A stretch of 64,000 bases of DNA from Bacteriovoracia bacterium (GCA_050251055.1 JBFWNL010000002.1:96001-160000), one strand, 5' to 3'. Shown: positions 28,174 to 37,903, counted from the first letter of the stretch. A program made the numbers and translations. Notes: generated by a model from the letters alone, not told the origin.

Positions 28174-28211
28174 TTTGAGTGATTCCTCCTACGCATTGAA
28201 TCCTCAGCTTG

Positions 28212-28228
28212 AGCAAATCCGGGACCAG
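28212..28228 (-). promoter_or_regulatory. Putative sigma-54 (-24/-12) promoter
   Basis: Minus strand CTGGTCCCGGATTTGCT (GG-N10-GC), about 40 bp upstream of the lipoprotein start. Confidence 0.55.
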
Positions 28229-28335
28229 GACGAAGCGGCGAAATCACCCATATTTTGGCCCTTTCTGGCGGGGTTTAGCGGCAAACTTGAAAAACTCGGT
28301 TCGAATTCGAACCCGGAGTGTGCTAGGTTCGCCAA

Positions 28336-30180
28336 ATGGCTGCCTCGAACCTAACCCCCGGTAAATCCGCTCCCACTTCGGTAAAAGACTTCGACGAACC
28401 GGAGATCCACTCCGACGTCGACCGTATGCGCCACTCCTGCGCGCATATCATGGCCCACGCGATTCAAAAGCTCTGGCCGAAGGCAAAGTTCGGCATCGGC
28501 CCCACCGTCGAAAATGGCTTCTATTATGATGTCGACTTCAGCGGCACGGCGGCCGGCGGGGGCCCCGACGGAGGAGTCAAGCTGACTCCGGAAGACCTGC
28601 CCAAAATTGAGGCTGAGATGAAAAAGATCATCAAGGCCAACCAGAAGTTTATCCGCCAGGAGCACGCGGTTGCCGACGCGATCACGATGTTCAAGAAGCT
28701 GGACCAACCGTTCAAGGTTGAAATCATCGAAAACCTGCGCGACCAAACCGGTGCGGCCAGTGTGAGCACTTACCAGGAAGGCGATTTCGTCGATCTTTGT
28801 CGCGGACCGCACGTGGACAAGACGGGCGACATGGGAGCGTACAAGCTCACATCGATCGCCGGCGCTTACTGGCGTGGCAACGAGAAAAATCCGCAGCTCC
28901 AGCGCATCTATGGAGTAGCGTTTGCGACGCAGGCAGAACTGGACGAATACCTACGCTTGCTCGAAGAAGCCAAGAAGCGCGACCACCGGAAGCTCGGCAA
29001 AGAGATGGATCTCTTTAGTTTCATCCCCGAGGCCCCTGCGAGCCCGTTTTTCCACCCGAAGGGAACGATCGTCTATAACGGTCTCACGAACTTGATGCGC
29101 ATGCAGTACGGGCCCTACGGCTACGACGAAGTTATCACGCCGCAGATCATGGATGTGAAGTTCTGGCACCAAAGCGGCCACTACGAGAATTATCGCGACG
29201 CCATGTACTTCACGGAAGTGGACGAACGCGAATTCGCGATGAAGCCGATGAACTGCCCGGGTCACACCTTTATTTTCGGATCCCAGAAACGCTCGTACCG
29301 CGATCTGCCGATTCGCTACGCTGATTTCGGCCGCTTGCACCGCTACGAGAAGTCAGGCGTAACGGCGGGCCTCACGCGCGTGCGCACGTTCTGTCAAGAC
29401 GACGCCCACATCTTTTGCACGGCGGACCAGATCGAGACCGAGATCGACAAGGTCGTGCAGATGATCCTGAAAACCTACGCGCTCTTTGACTTCAATGACG
29501 TAAAGATCTACCTCTCCACCCGACCAGAAAAGCGGGTCGGCGGCGATGCGCTTTGGGACACGGCCGAAGGCGCGCTGAAGAAAGTGCTCGACAAGCTTGG
29601 GCGCCCCTATGAAATCAACGCCGGCGACGGCGCCTTTTACGGCCCGAAAATCGACTTCAACGTGCGCGACGCGCTCAAGCGCTACCACCAGCTGGGCACC
29701 ATCCAGCTCGACTTCAACATGCCGGATCGTTTTGATCTCAACTATACGGGGCAAGACAACGCCCCCCATCGCCCCGTGATGGTTCATCGTGCGGTGCTGG
29801 GCTCGATCGAGCGCTTTATGGGAATTTTGATCGAGCACCTTGCCGGCGCATTCCCTTTCTGGCTCACGCCCGTGCAGGCACGCCTGATTCCGATCAAAGA
29901 CACCCACGTTGGCTACTGCAAGACCTTTCTCGAGCAGCTCAAGGCTGCGGGTTTCCGCGTCGAGAGCGATGAGCGCAACGAGTCCATGGGGCTGAAAACG
30001 CGTGAAGCGCAGATGGCGAAAATCCCTTATTCGCTCGTGGCTGGCGATCGCGAAGCGGCCGAGGGTAAGTTCTCCGTGCGCAAGTATGGCGAGAAGGAAT
30101 CGAAAGTCATGAGTCAGGATGAGCTCATGGCACTCTTCAAAGACCTCGCACGCGAGCCGCTTAAAGTTTTGCAAAACTAA
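28336..30180 (+). CDS. thrS: Threonine-tRNA ligase (no N-terminal TGS domain)
   Basis: RHSCAH, DLCRGPH, RDHRKLG, KPMNCPGH, QDDAH and GAFYGPKID motifs. Confidence 0.98.
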   Translation: MAASNLTPGKSAPTSVKDFDEPEIHSDVDRMRHSCAHIMAHAIQKLWPKAKFGIGPTVENGFYYDVDFSGTAAGGGPDGGVKLTPEDLPKIEAEMKKIIKANQKFIRQEHAVADAITMFKKLDQPFKVEIIENLRDQTGAASVSTYQEGDFVDLCRGPHVDKTGDMGAYKLTSIAGAYWRGNEKNPQLQRIYGVAFATQAELDEYLRLLEEAKKRDHRKLGKEMDLFSFIPEAPASPFFHPKGTIVYNGLTNLMRMQYGPYGYDEVITPQIMDVKFWHQSGHYENYRDAMYFTEVDEREFAMKPMNCPGHTFIFGSQKRSYRDLPIRYADFGRLHRYEKSGVTAGLTRVRTFCQDDAHIFCTADQIETEIDKVVQMILKTYALFDFNDVKIYLSTRPEKRVGGDALWDTAEGALKKVLDKLGRPYEINAGDGAFYGPKIDFNVRDALKRYHQLGTIQLDFNMPDRFDLNYTGQDNAPHRPVMVHRAVLGSIERFMGILIEHLAGAFPFWLTPVQARLIPIKDTHVGYCKTFLEQLKAAGFRVESDERNESMGLKTREAQMAKIPYSLVAGDREAAEGKFSVRKYGEKESKVMSQDELMALFKDLAREPLKVLQN

Positions 30181-30207
30181 GCGGAATCAAACTTAGAGGA
30201 TCTCCTT

Positions 30208-30226
30208 ACTGAGTAATTCACTCAGT
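30208..30226. promoter_or_regulatory. 7-bp inverted repeat downstream of thrS
   Basis: ACTGAGT-aattc-ACTCAGT. Confidence 0.25.
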
Positions 30227-30353
30227 GACTTTGCAAATTTCGCAACAATTATGGCCTTAGACAGCGTGATGCCATAACGCAGGCGGCCATTTTCGCGCAA
30301 TTACGCCGCTTGCTGCAACGCGAGGTTTAGCTTATGACTCGGCCCGGGGATTT

Positions 30354-31520
30354 ATGAAACGGGATTGGGGCTCCACTATCATCTTTAAAATCATCATTAA
30401 CAGCGTGCTCATGTCGCTGCTCTTGATCGTCGCGCTGGTGAACGGAGCGTTCAGCGGAAACGCACGCGATCTCGTGGCCCACGAAAACGAGTTTCTTCCC
30501 ACCGATCGCCGACTCGGTGAACCCACTACCGCCGAACTCGAGGCCCTCGGTCTCCACTACCCGCCCCTTCCCGAAGTCCTCGGTGAGTATCGGATGGGAG
30601 ATTCCGGTGAACGCGCCTGGCTACTGCGTCGAGGCGACGAGGTGACTTTGATCGACGAGCAGCGTATCGCCGATGAAACGGGATTCCTTACGGTTAGCCT
30701 GCCCAGCGGTTTTTCCCCGGATTGCGAAGTTAAAGTCGGGATCGCGCAGGCACGCCGTGGAATCTTCGATGATCGACTCTGCCGCTTCTTTCGGCAGCCC
30801 GAACGGGATCTCCCCGCACTCGTCGCCTATCGATTGGAAAATGCGACGCTTTGGCTGTCCGCAGGGGAGAAACTCCCCAGCGACGGAGCCTTGGCAATCG
30901 ACGGTGAACCCAGCGTAATGCTTCGACGTGCGGAAGACGCCACTTACCTGCGGGAAGTTCTCGAGGAAGCCGAGCCCATTGCGCCTTTGACTCTGCGTCG
31001 GCTCGAAGCCCTGCTTCGACAGGTCATCCAAGAGTCCTACCCAGAGCTCGTCCCGCTGCGAATCTCTCTGAAACCCATGAGGTCCAAGGAGGATTTTTTC
31101 AAGAGCGACGTGGAGGCCATCACCCTGGTTCGCTCCAAGGAAAACCGCCATTATCGCGTGTTCTTCAACGAAAAACTTTTCCAAGACTCGCCCAGCGAAG
31201 CCGCCATCCGCGCGATCCTAGCGCACGAGCTGAGCCATATCCAAGACTACTACCAGAAATACGCAGGCCGGATGATTCGGTTCGCGCTTTGGTACCTCAC
31301 TTCTGACGCATCTCAATACGAACACGCCACCGACCGCACGGCTATCGATCTGGGTTACGCCCGCGGACTCAAAGCCTATCGTGCGTGGCTTTACAAGCAG
31401 CTGACGCCAAAGATCGAAGCCAAAAAACGACGTGTTTACTATACTCCCGAAGAAATCGACGAGCTGATCGGAACCCGGCAGCGCTCACTCGACACAATCA
31501 ACGCACTGAATCAATACTAA
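30354..31520 (+). CDS. Exported protein with C-terminal HExxH zinc metallopeptidase domain (M48-like)
   Basis: N-terminal TM/signal; AILAHELSH followed by YEHATD..A (third-ligand-like Glu). Confidence 0.7.
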   Translation: MKRDWGSTIIFKIIINSVLMSLLLIVALVNGAFSGNARDLVAHENEFLPTDRRLGEPTTAELEALGLHYPPLPEVLGEYRMGDSGERAWLLRRGDEVTLIDEQRIADETGFLTVSLPSGFSPDCEVKVGIAQARRGIFDDRLCRFFRQPERDLPALVAYRLENATLWLSAGEKLPSDGALAIDGEPSVMLRRAEDATYLREVLEEAEPIAPLTLRRLEALLRQVIQESYPELVPLRISLKPMRSKEDFFKSDVEAITLVRSKENRHYRVFFNEKLFQDSPSEAAIRAILAHELSHIQDYYQKYAGRMIRFALWYLTSDASQYEHATDRTAIDLGYARGLKAYRAWLYKQLTPKIEAKKRRVYYTPEEIDELIGTRQRSLDTINALNQY

Positions 31521-31612
31521 TCGCCCCTGCTTAATCCCCGAGGGTTGCGTAATCACGGGCTCTAGGGGTAGAACACGCGCAACTGAATACGGGGAAGCAA
31601 ATGGAGGGAAGA

Positions 31613-33904
31613 ATGAACCGATCGCTTTCGAAGCAGCTCGCACTGACCGCGTTGACCTTATTTTTGGGGAATGGCCTTACGCACGACATGCGCGCCCACG
31701 CGGATGACCCGGTGAATCCACCGGATTTTCGCACGCTGCAGGTTTCGGCCTATCTCATGGGCCCCGGAAACGCCAACAATCCGGTCTACCGCGGCTGGAA
31801 AGACACGACGGAGTTCATGAAGGACGTAACGATCTTCGACAAACTCGTAGATCGCGTCCAGAACGTGGTTTGCAGCTCCGAACAGAATAAAGGCGTGCTC
31901 CTCATCGGCGACCCTTCGGAAGCCTACCGTTATCTTTTCGCCCGGATGGCTTCGAACCCGCAAGTCGGCACGGCCTCCAAGAAATGCGCCAACATGTGGC
32001 ACGCCGACGTGGACATCGCGAAGATCGAAGCTGGCCATAAGTACGTCGGCGAAGTCGACCAGTATTGGCAGGACAACGTCCTGCGCCCATCCGACGGCAA
32101 GGACGTCGTGATGTATTTCAATCGCTTGGGTTCGCTCGTGGGCGTGGGCTCCCACTCGAACGACTCCACCGGGATCGAGCGCGAATACGCCGCTAACATC
32201 ACCGCCGGACGCATGCGCACCGTCGCGTTCATGGATAAGTACGAATACAACGACCTGATGCGCTCGGGGAATGCCTATGTCGTGGAAGCGTTCGCCGAAA
32301 AAATCGTGCTCCCGCCGCTGGATGCCGCCCAGACCGATCAGCTCATACAAGCCTATCTGAAAAAAATTCATCCCAACTTTTCGTTGGGCGCGAAGGAAGC
32401 GACCTACCTTTACAAATCTCTGAAGTACTTTCAGCCGAACCGGGCGGAACCCGACCGTTCGATGGCGGCCATTAACATGATGATCCGCTATGCCGGCCCC
32501 AAGGTCGGTACTGAACCGTTTACCGCAAAGCCGGCCATTGAGTCCAAGCACCCGTACGACCCGAACTCGAACCTCGAGCACCCGATCCACTTTCCCGACG
32601 CGATCTCACTGCAGCTCGTTTTTGATAAGATCGAACTCGAAGATTTTTCCGACCACCTCACGGTCGTGGACGGAAGATCGGGCCAGAATCTGCATAATAT
32701 ACCGAATTCCGCGGGCGAATACTCCACCCCGACGTTCAACACCAATAAATTGGTCCTGCGATTTTATTCCGACTCCTCCAAAGAGTTCTACGGATACAAA
32801 CTCAAGCAGGTAAATGGGGTGAAGGCCGTGAAGTATGCCTTCACGATGGAAGAAGTTCGCCGCGTGATCATGGAAATCGCCCAGGTTCCGCGCTGGATCA
32901 TGGACCGTGACTACCAAATCATCCGCGATCTGCCCGGCAAGCTCGACGGCGACGTCGTGGGCGTGAAGGAAGGAAAAGCCGATCTGGTCCGCATGGCCAA
33001 GATCGGATACGTGGCTGGCCGCACCGACGACAAACCGGTGGCCAGCGTGCTGCTCACGGGCCCGACCGGGACCGGCAAGTCGTACATCGCCAAGCGCATG
33101 GCCGAGTACATGGAAATGCGCCTGGTGACGCTCGATATGACGGCGTACAAGGACCGTACGAAAACCGCCGACTTCATCGAAATCATGTCGAAGAACCTGG
33201 CGAACAATCCCTACGCGATTTACCTGTTCGAAGAAATCGACAAGGCCGACCTGGGTGTCCTCGACTTGCTGTACTTCATGATGGACGAAGGGATTTTTTA
33301 CGACGGATACCAGCGCCCGCTATTCGCGCGTGGCGCCTTCATGATCTTCACGAGCAACGCGGCCTCCGATGTGATTATCCAGAACCGCAACAGCCCGGAG
33401 CTCCGTAAGCTCGTGTTCAACGAACTCTCGAAAAACTTTCGCATGAGCTTTCTGAATCGATTCGACTCGATCAGCATCTTCATGCCGTTCACGAACGAGG
33501 AGTTCCTACAGCTCGCGAACGTGATGGCGGTGAAAAAAGCCAAGAACGTGAAGGAAAACTTCGATTGGACCATGACGGTCGACGCAGAAACCGTGCGCTA
33601 CATCGCGACCCAGGGCCGCAGCGACGTGCTAGGCGCCCGCCCCATGGAACGGCTGGTGGAGAATGTCATGAGTGGCGGGTTAGCGGAGTATCAGCTCCAA
33701 AAGGGCATGATTCCGGATCAAGCCAAGATCAAGATCACCAAAGAGCGGGAAGCGAATCAGTTCGCCATCCAAGTAAACGAGGGCGCCAAGCTTCCGTACA
33801 CGATCGTGCCGAACCACGACGGCTCGCTCCTGCCGGATCCCGAGTGGATGGCACACTCCCCACTCTACAACTTTTGGGCAAAAGATCGGATGTATAACGA
33901 CTAA
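31613..33904 (+). CDS. Signal-peptide-bearing ClpB/Hsp100-like AAA+ ATPase with CUB-like insertion
   Basis: GGAGG RBS; signal ending AHA; degenerate NBD1 (LLIGDP, AGHKYVGE); NBD2 with GPTGTGKS, LFEEIDKA, FTSN, FLNRFD and GARP; CUB-like IESKHPY...LRFYSDSS..FYGY. Confidence 0.85.
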   Translation: MNRSLSKQLALTALTLFLGNGLTHDMRAHADDPVNPPDFRTLQVSAYLMGPGNANNPVYRGWKDTTEFMKDVTIFDKLVDRVQNVVCSSEQNKGVLLIGDPSEAYRYLFARMASNPQVGTASKKCANMWHADVDIAKIEAGHKYVGEVDQYWQDNVLRPSDGKDVVMYFNRLGSLVGVGSHSNDSTGIEREYAANITAGRMRTVAFMDKYEYNDLMRSGNAYVVEAFAEKIVLPPLDAAQTDQLIQAYLKKIHPNFSLGAKEATYLYKSLKYFQPNRAEPDRSMAAINMMIRYAGPKVGTEPFTAKPAIESKHPYDPNSNLEHPIHFPDAISLQLVFDKIELEDFSDHLTVVDGRSGQNLHNIPNSAGEYSTPTFNTNKLVLRFYSDSSKEFYGYKLKQVNGVKAVKYAFTMEEVRRVIMEIAQVPRWIMDRDYQIIRDLPGKLDGDVVGVKEGKADLVRMAKIGYVAGRTDDKPVASVLLTGPTGTGKSYIAKRMAEYMEMRLVTLDMTAYKDRTKTADFIEIMSKNLANNPYAIYLFEEIDKADLGVLDLLYFMMDEGIFYDGYQRPLFARGAFMIFTSNAASDVIIQNRNSPELRKLVFNELSKNFRMSFLNRFDSISIFMPFTNEEFLQLANVMAVKKAKNVKENFDWTMTVDAETVRYIATQGRSDVLGARPMERLVENVMSGGLAEYQLQKGMIPDQAKIKITKEREANQFAIQVNEGAKLPYTIVPNHDGSLLPDPEWMAHSPLYNFWAKDRMYND

Positions 33905-33915
33905 TATCCCATTGA

Positions 33916-33928
33916 TATCAAACACTTA
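33916..33928 (+). promoter_or_regulatory. IHF-consensus-like site
   Basis: TATCAAACACTTA matches WATCAANNNNTTR exactly. Confidence 0.35.
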
Positions 33929-33967
33929 AAAACGCGCTCGGGCCTCGGTCCGGGCGCGTTTTTTTTT
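33928..33967 (+). terminator. Intrinsic terminator after the ClpB-like gene
   Basis: AAAAACGCGCTCGGGCC-TC-GGTCCGGGCGCG followed by T9. Confidence 0.9.
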
Positions 33968-33988
33968 GCCCGAAGCGGGCTCCCGTCA

Positions 33989-34016
33989 TCAAGCCGCCAG
34001 ACCGAAAAACCGAAGA
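33989..34016 (+). promoter_or_regulatory. Possible sigma-28 (FliA)-type promoter
   Basis: TCAAG-N15-ACCGAAGA just upstream of ATG 34028. Confidence 0.3.
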
Positions 34017-34027
34017 GTATTCGGAGC

Positions 34028-37000
34028 ATGGCAAGGAGATCCCCTTATTCTCGGCACGACCACGGCAGTTCGGCATTCGCCGGCTTCTGTGCTTTCACGC
34101 TCGCCGTGATCCTAGCCGTCGTCTTCCACCCGGCAGGCGATGGCTCCTCCTCTGCCTACGTTCACTATCGCCGTGCCACCGCCGCGGGTCCCACCGGCAT
34201 CAACCGCACGATCGCTCGGAGAATGGACGAGCTCGAGCCCGCCTTTGTCTTTAATCCCCCCGAAGCGATCGCCACGTCGATGCTGCGCAAACTCCTCGGG
34301 CCGGACTCTAGCGTGCTAAAGACTTTTAGCGGGATCAAGTTTTCCCCCATCAATGGACTGATCACCGTGACGGGAAGGATCCAGGTGCCGCCGGCATTCT
34401 TCCTTGCCATCCAAGACCCCCGCAATCCCGAAAACCTCGAAGCGGAGCTCGACTTCCGCATCTCGTTCCTGCCGGAGGTGCTGCCGCTGGAGAACAACTC
34501 CTATCTGCGCGTGCGCTTCACGAGCTTTGAGCTAAAAAATACCCGGGACCAGGGCTACCTCGACTATCTGCACGCGTTTCCGATCGTAAGTGGCATCGCC
34601 AGCTCCCTACTTGCCAACGAAGGGCTCGCAAAATTCGTGGAAGACCGCCCCTCCGACCCGACGGACCCCGCTCCCCGCGGAAGGCCGGGCGACGCGCACG
34701 GAAAAATTTCCGACTTCTTAGCGCGGAAAAATATCCGCTTCATGCCGGGTACGAATTCCGTGATTCTGAAGCTTTCGATTCGCGACCTGGTGGATCTTGA
34801 GGAGATGCAAAGAGAAGATCCCGAGATCGCAAAATATGTCGATCAGCTTCGCCTTTGGCAGTTCGGGCCGGTGGCCGAAAAGGCCGCGGCGCAGACGGGG
34901 CAACCCGTCACGCGGTTCAGTTTGATTGTCGGCCAGGGCCGTCCCTCGGACGAGTGGGTACGCAGCTGGAATCAGCGAAATGAAAACGTCGCCGTAGCGC
35001 TGCTCGCCGGGAAGGATGCGATTTACTCCAGCCTGGACGCTCACCGCGCGCTTGAAAAGGAGCTTCGCGAAGAGTTCTCGCGCCTGCACCAGAACTTCGG
35101 CGGGTTTCCGCTGAGCAAGCAATTCGAGCTCGAAATCAGCCAGTTTTTCTCCGAGGCGCGTGATCGCATTCACATAGAGCTCGACGCCGGCAACCCCACT
35201 TTCCGGGCCGATCCGCTAGGCAAGTACGAGGACCTGGGCCGGATTTGGCGAAGCCACCTCGTTACCCTGCTTGAGGATTTTTCGCGCCGCCATCGCATCG
35301 CCCAAGCCCAAGCGAACGCACGTAACCCGCGGGCGATCGACGCCGCCCCTTTTTTACAAGCCCGTGTCAGCCAGAAGACCATCACGTCCGTCGTCCGCTA
35401 CTTTCGGGATTTTCGCCAGGACGGTGTGCGCGTCTTCCGCGATCTCCACGTTTACTTGCAACCTAAACTTCCGGGATTCGTCGTACGGGGAAGCCTCGCC
35501 ATCGACTTAGCAAAAGGCGCGAAGGTGCCAGCGACCCAGGAAGCAATCATCCAGGCGTACCGCGGACTTTACGGGGATTTTATCCCGTTCCAGCTCGCGG
35601 TCCGTGTTTATGACCACGTCAACGGCCAAGGGGAGCCAACCGGCCGTTACGGTTTGGACCTGAAGAGCCTCCAGCTCTTCCCCGGCCAATCGGACGGCAC
35701 GCTCTTGTTTGAGCGCAACCGAGGTACCGGTGATCTCGTCATCACCGTGCTCAATCGCCTCCTCACGAGCACTCTGACCGCGGTCGCGCTCGAGCTCGAG
35801 GCCACGCTGAACTCCGAACAACTTAAAGTAGAGGGCCAGCAGATCGACGCCCAATGGCGACAATTCACGACCCAGCTAGGCGCGAACTACTCCCGTCTCT
35901 ACCAAAATTACTTAAGTCATTTTCGTGCCAGCACGCCCGGTGCCCCGTCCGCGCCGACCGTACGTTTGGACACTTCGCAGGGGGCCTCTACCATCAGCCT
36001 CGGGCAAATCAACGGGTTCTTCCAGATGGTTTCGGGCGCGATCGACCTCGACATTTCCCAAAACCCCTTCTTGCTTTCCGGCAAGCAGAAACTCGACATC
36101 AAGATGCCGCTGCTGCTGGACGAGTACGCCAAGATCGATCCGCAGACCAATTCCGTGCTGATGGCGATCAATCCCGGCACCTTCAGCCGCCTGCTCTTAG
36201 GCAGCAACCTCCCCACCTCGGTCTGGAACCTCGAAGCGATTTTCGACAAGCCCCGGGGGCGCGCCTACCTGGACGTAGCCATCGGAAACGGCGTACGTTC
36301 GGATGCCTACACGCAACACAAACAATCCCGTCCGGAAAAGGCTGACTCGGATGATTTCGCCGGCGAGGACGAAAGCTCTCCGGACTTGCTTGATTTGGGC
36401 CTGAAGTTTCGGGCCGATAAGTTCACCGAACTGGCCAACCAGATCTTGGCCGACGTGAAAGCCGAACTCGACGCCGAGCTGGCGCAGAACCTCGCCCGCA
36501 ACGAAAAAGGAACCTACTACCAGTTCAACTACGTCGGCTTCCGCGCCGCCGGCGCCAATGTCCTCGAAATGACCATCACCGCCTCGCAGGTCAAGAAGCT
36601 CGACAACCGGGGATTCTTCGCCCGGCTCCGGGGCAAACCCGAGCAGTGGGATATCGAGCGCAAGCCCATCACGATCAAGGGCCTGGCAAACATCGAGAGC
36701 ATAGCGCTCGATACGGTTTTGCCCAAGCTAAAGGTCGACAACCCCTATCCGTTCCGGGGCTCGCAGATCATGAGGTTCGATGTCACTTCCGCTTCGATCG
36801 ACACGAAGGCCATGCCGCTCTACCGGGCAATTCTGGGCCTGATTGGGATCAATCTTAAGGATCTGGATTTCAAGGGGGACTGGCTAGAGCGGCAAATCAA
36901 GCTGATCCTGATGAAGGTATTCGCGCCCAAGCTCGACAACCCGCGCACACCGGGCAGCACCAAGGTTCGTCAGTTCGCCTTGAACAAATATGTGCGCGTG

Positions 37001-37903
37001 TTTCTTTCGGGCGAAGATATCTTCCTGCAGGTCAACCCCCGCGCGATTACGCCCGCTTTCGAGTTCCAAATCGTGCCTCAGCAGGCTTACGTGAATCTAA
37101 CTACGGGCGGCCGCGCCGTGCGCAACTACGGCTTAAGCATTGACCCAATGCGCTCCGAGATCGCGGTAAATTTACGCACAGCCGGAGCGATCGCCAATTC
37201 GGACAAACTTGAAATTCAACAAATCATCAACCAAGCGGACCAGCTTTTCCGTCCGTATCTGGAGGCCCGAACGGCCGCAGAGCTGCGCAAGCTACTGGAC
37301 GACAACTCGCTCTGGCACGCGATATTCGAGGACCGCAACCCCCTGCAGCCGGGTCTCTGGTCTCGGCTTTCCGCCGTGCTCTATCAGTACCCTGAGGTCC
37401 TCCAGCTCACGCAAACGGATCGGAGCGCCTTGAAGCGGACGATCAACGAGCTTTTGCGCATCAAGGAACAGCCGGGCTCCCCCACCCCTACTCTAAACCT
37501 CACCGAGTGCGGCGCCGAACTCGCCTACGCGCTTTCGGGCGTGCTTTCCGTCTACATCCGCGCGCATCTCTTGGTGGAAAACATCCAGGCGTTGGGCATC
37601 GCCGACGAGCTCACGAAATCGCACCATTATAACGAACTCGTGGCCCGCAAGACCGAACTCTACGATCGCTACTTCCTCCCCCTTTGGGACGCGTACAAGA
37701 CCCGGTTTTCCCAGAAGAACCGCGCGATTGTCGACCAAGGCGCGACCGACTGGAATCAGCATTTTTATCCCGATGCGATGTTCGCCAACAACGTCTATCG
37801 CGCCATTCAAGCCGCGCTCAACAATGGCCGCGTGCCCCAATCGGTTTCGTTAGAAGCCAATCCCGAGGAAAACCCAGTTATCCATGTCTCAGAAAAAAAC
37901 TAA
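34028..37903 (+). CDS. Large (1291 aa) membrane-anchored hypothetical protein with an apparent threefold internal repeat
   Basis: N-terminal hydrophobic helix; repeated beta-rich units (TNSVILKL / TNSVLMAI / GEDIFLQV) separated by helical segments. Confidence 0.8.
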   Translation: MARRSPYSRHDHGSSAFAGFCAFTLAVILAVVFHPAGDGSSSAYVHYRRATAAGPTGINRTIARRMDELEPAFVFNPPEAIATSMLRKLLGPDSSVLKTFSGIKFSPINGLITVTGRIQVPPAFFLAIQDPRNPENLEAELDFRISFLPEVLPLENNSYLRVRFTSFELKNTRDQGYLDYLHAFPIVSGIASSLLANEGLAKFVEDRPSDPTDPAPRGRPGDAHGKISDFLARKNIRFMPGTNSVILKLSIRDLVDLEEMQREDPEIAKYVDQLRLWQFGPVAEKAAAQTGQPVTRFSLIVGQGRPSDEWVRSWNQRNENVAVALLAGKDAIYSSLDAHRALEKELREEFSRLHQNFGGFPLSKQFELEISQFFSEARDRIHIELDAGNPTFRADPLGKYEDLGRIWRSHLVTLLEDFSRRHRIAQAQANARNPRAIDAAPFLQARVSQKTITSVVRYFRDFRQDGVRVFRDLHVYLQPKLPGFVVRGSLAIDLAKGAKVPATQEAIIQAYRGLYGDFIPFQLAVRVYDHVNGQGEPTGRYGLDLKSLQLFPGQSDGTLLFERNRGTGDLVITVLNRLLTSTLTAVALELEATLNSEQLKVEGQQIDAQWRQFTTQLGANYSRLYQNYLSHFRASTPGAPSAPTVRLDTSQGASTISLGQINGFFQMVSGAIDLDISQNPFLLSGKQKLDIKMPLLLDEYAKIDPQTNSVLMAINPGTFSRLLLGSNLPTSVWNLEAIFDKPRGRAYLDVAIGNGVRSDAYTQHKQSRPEKADSDDFAGEDESSPDLLDLGLKFRADKFTELANQILADVKAELDAELAQNLARNEKGTYYQFNYVGFRAAGANVLEMTITASQVKKLDNRGFFARLRGKPEQWDIERKPITIKGLANIESIALDTVLPKLKVDNPYPFRGSQIMRFDVTSASIDTKAMPLYRAILGLIGINLKDLDFKGDWLERQIKLILMKVFAPKLDNPRTPGSTKVRQFALNKYVRVFLSGEDIFLQVNPRAITPAFEFQIVPQQAYVNLTTGGRAVRNYGLSIDPMRSEIAVNLRTAGAIANSDKLEIQQIINQADQLFRPYLEARTAAELRKLLDDNSLWHAIFEDRNPLQPGLWSRLSAVLYQYPEVLQLTQTDRSALKRTINELLRIKEQPGSPTPTLNLTECGAELAYALSGVLSVYIRAHLLVENIQALGIADELTKSHHYNELVARKTELYDRYFLPLWDAYKTRFSQKNRAIVDQGATDWNQHFYPDAMFANNVYRAIQAALNNGRVPQSVSLEANPEENPVIHVSEKN

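Noticed and set aside
29353-30174. 273-aa minus-strand ORF, and similar ones at 31658-32590 and 20118-20909
   Set aside because: Antisense shadows of thrS, the Clp-like gene and ilvE.
30181-30353. Absence of infC-rpmI-rplT after thrS, and of hfq after miaA
   Set aside because: These gene orders vary between lineages; no att site or mobile-element trace is visible.
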